Source of the DNA: Planctomycetota bacterium
Lineage (GTDB): Bacteria; Planctomycetota; Planctomycetia; Pirellulales; UBA1268
DNA length: 40,192 bases
Direction of reading: 5' to 3'
Assembly (NCBI GenBank): GCA_016872925.1
Contig: VGYR01000002.1
Span: 1-40,192 of the forward strand
Part shown: positions 39,903 to 40,192 of the stretch, in pieces
Layout of the letters: each line of letters opens with the position of its first letter
Position numbering within the stretch: the first letter of the stretch is position 1
The notes under the pieces: model-generated
What the model saw: only the letters and a program-made list of their open reading frames with translations
Told to the model about the DNA's origin: nothing
Databases searched by the model: none
Program-made: the position numbers and the translations under genes

Positions 39903-40192
39903 CCTGAATCCTCGTTGCCGACACGCCCCGACTCCGAAGCGGAACGTTCAGCGGTGCAGTTCAAGGAATCGGCGTTGCGCTCCGCCGATCGATAGGTACC
40001 CCGAAGTTTAGCACCGGTATGGAGCACCGGCAAAGGATCGCCGAGAACCGTGCCCCCGGTGCACGCACGCGGTGGCCGCCGTAGAATTGCGCCTCCTCAG
40101 CAGAATCTGTGGGTTGATTCTGGCTCCGGTAGTTTGCCAAGGACATGAAACAACGCGATTTCAATGCCTTTCGCGGTCCGAAAGCCGAACGC

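Noticed and set aside
40101-40122. An inverted repeat CAGAATC-N8-GATTCTG in the AT-richer region upstream of the PSCyt gene.
   Set aside because: It is a single 7-bp stem with no U-tract, no repeat copy and no adjacent promoter-like hexamers. It lies near the window edge, so the context is missing. That is not enough to call a regulatory site or RNA.

Overview
The window is a very GC-rich (by eye, not computed), densely coding chromosomal segment that looks planctomycetal. The lineage call rests on three hallmark protein types: a PSCyt1/DUF1549/DUF1553 protein paired with a DUF1501 protein, a PVC-type CxxCH heme-binding giant protein, and a secreted prenyltransferase-repeat protein. I support about 29 CDSs. 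I saw no rRNA or tRNA genes, no CRISPR array, and no transposase, integrase or other mobile-element signature.

Left to right, the content is:
- a small EF-hand lipoprotein;
- a five-gene peptide ABC importer operon (SBP, two permeases, two ATPases; minus strand);
- ribBA;
- a conserved hypothetical translationally coupled to a MOFRL-type glycerate kinase;
- a hydroxypyruvate-isomerase-like TIM barrel;
- UDP-glucuronate decarboxylase;
- a VanZ-like protein;
- a compact ACP / cysteine-less KS-like / KS / DUF4254 operon;
- a secreted prenyltransferase-repeat protein;
- a hypothetical protein;
- rpiB preceded by an in-frame YrdC-like::LMW-phosphatase fusion;
- bamA, carrying a long Pro/Ala/Gln-rich insert and translationally coupled to a GT9 heptosyltransferase-like gene;
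- an aldo-keto reductase followed by an HI0933-type flavoprotein;
- a polytopic membrane protein;
- a five-gene minus-strand string: PSCyt/DUF1549/LamG/DUF1553, DUF1501, PVC heme-binding giant protein, an L-lactate-permease-family transporter fused to a ~600-aa uncharacterised soluble domain, and an ABA4-like (DUF4281) protein.

The most interesting candidates are, in order:
1. the orphan ACP–KS'–KS–DUF4254 module;
2. the LctP::unknown-domain fusion inside the PSCyt/DUF1501/heme-protein gene string;
3. the degenerate YrdC-like::YwlE-like phosphatase fusion next to rpiB.

All family assignments come from reading the translated ORFs and spotting motifs. No database search was possible. Many long ORFs in the supplied track are Arg/Pro/Gly-rich off-frame or antisense artefacts of the high GC content, and I rejected them.
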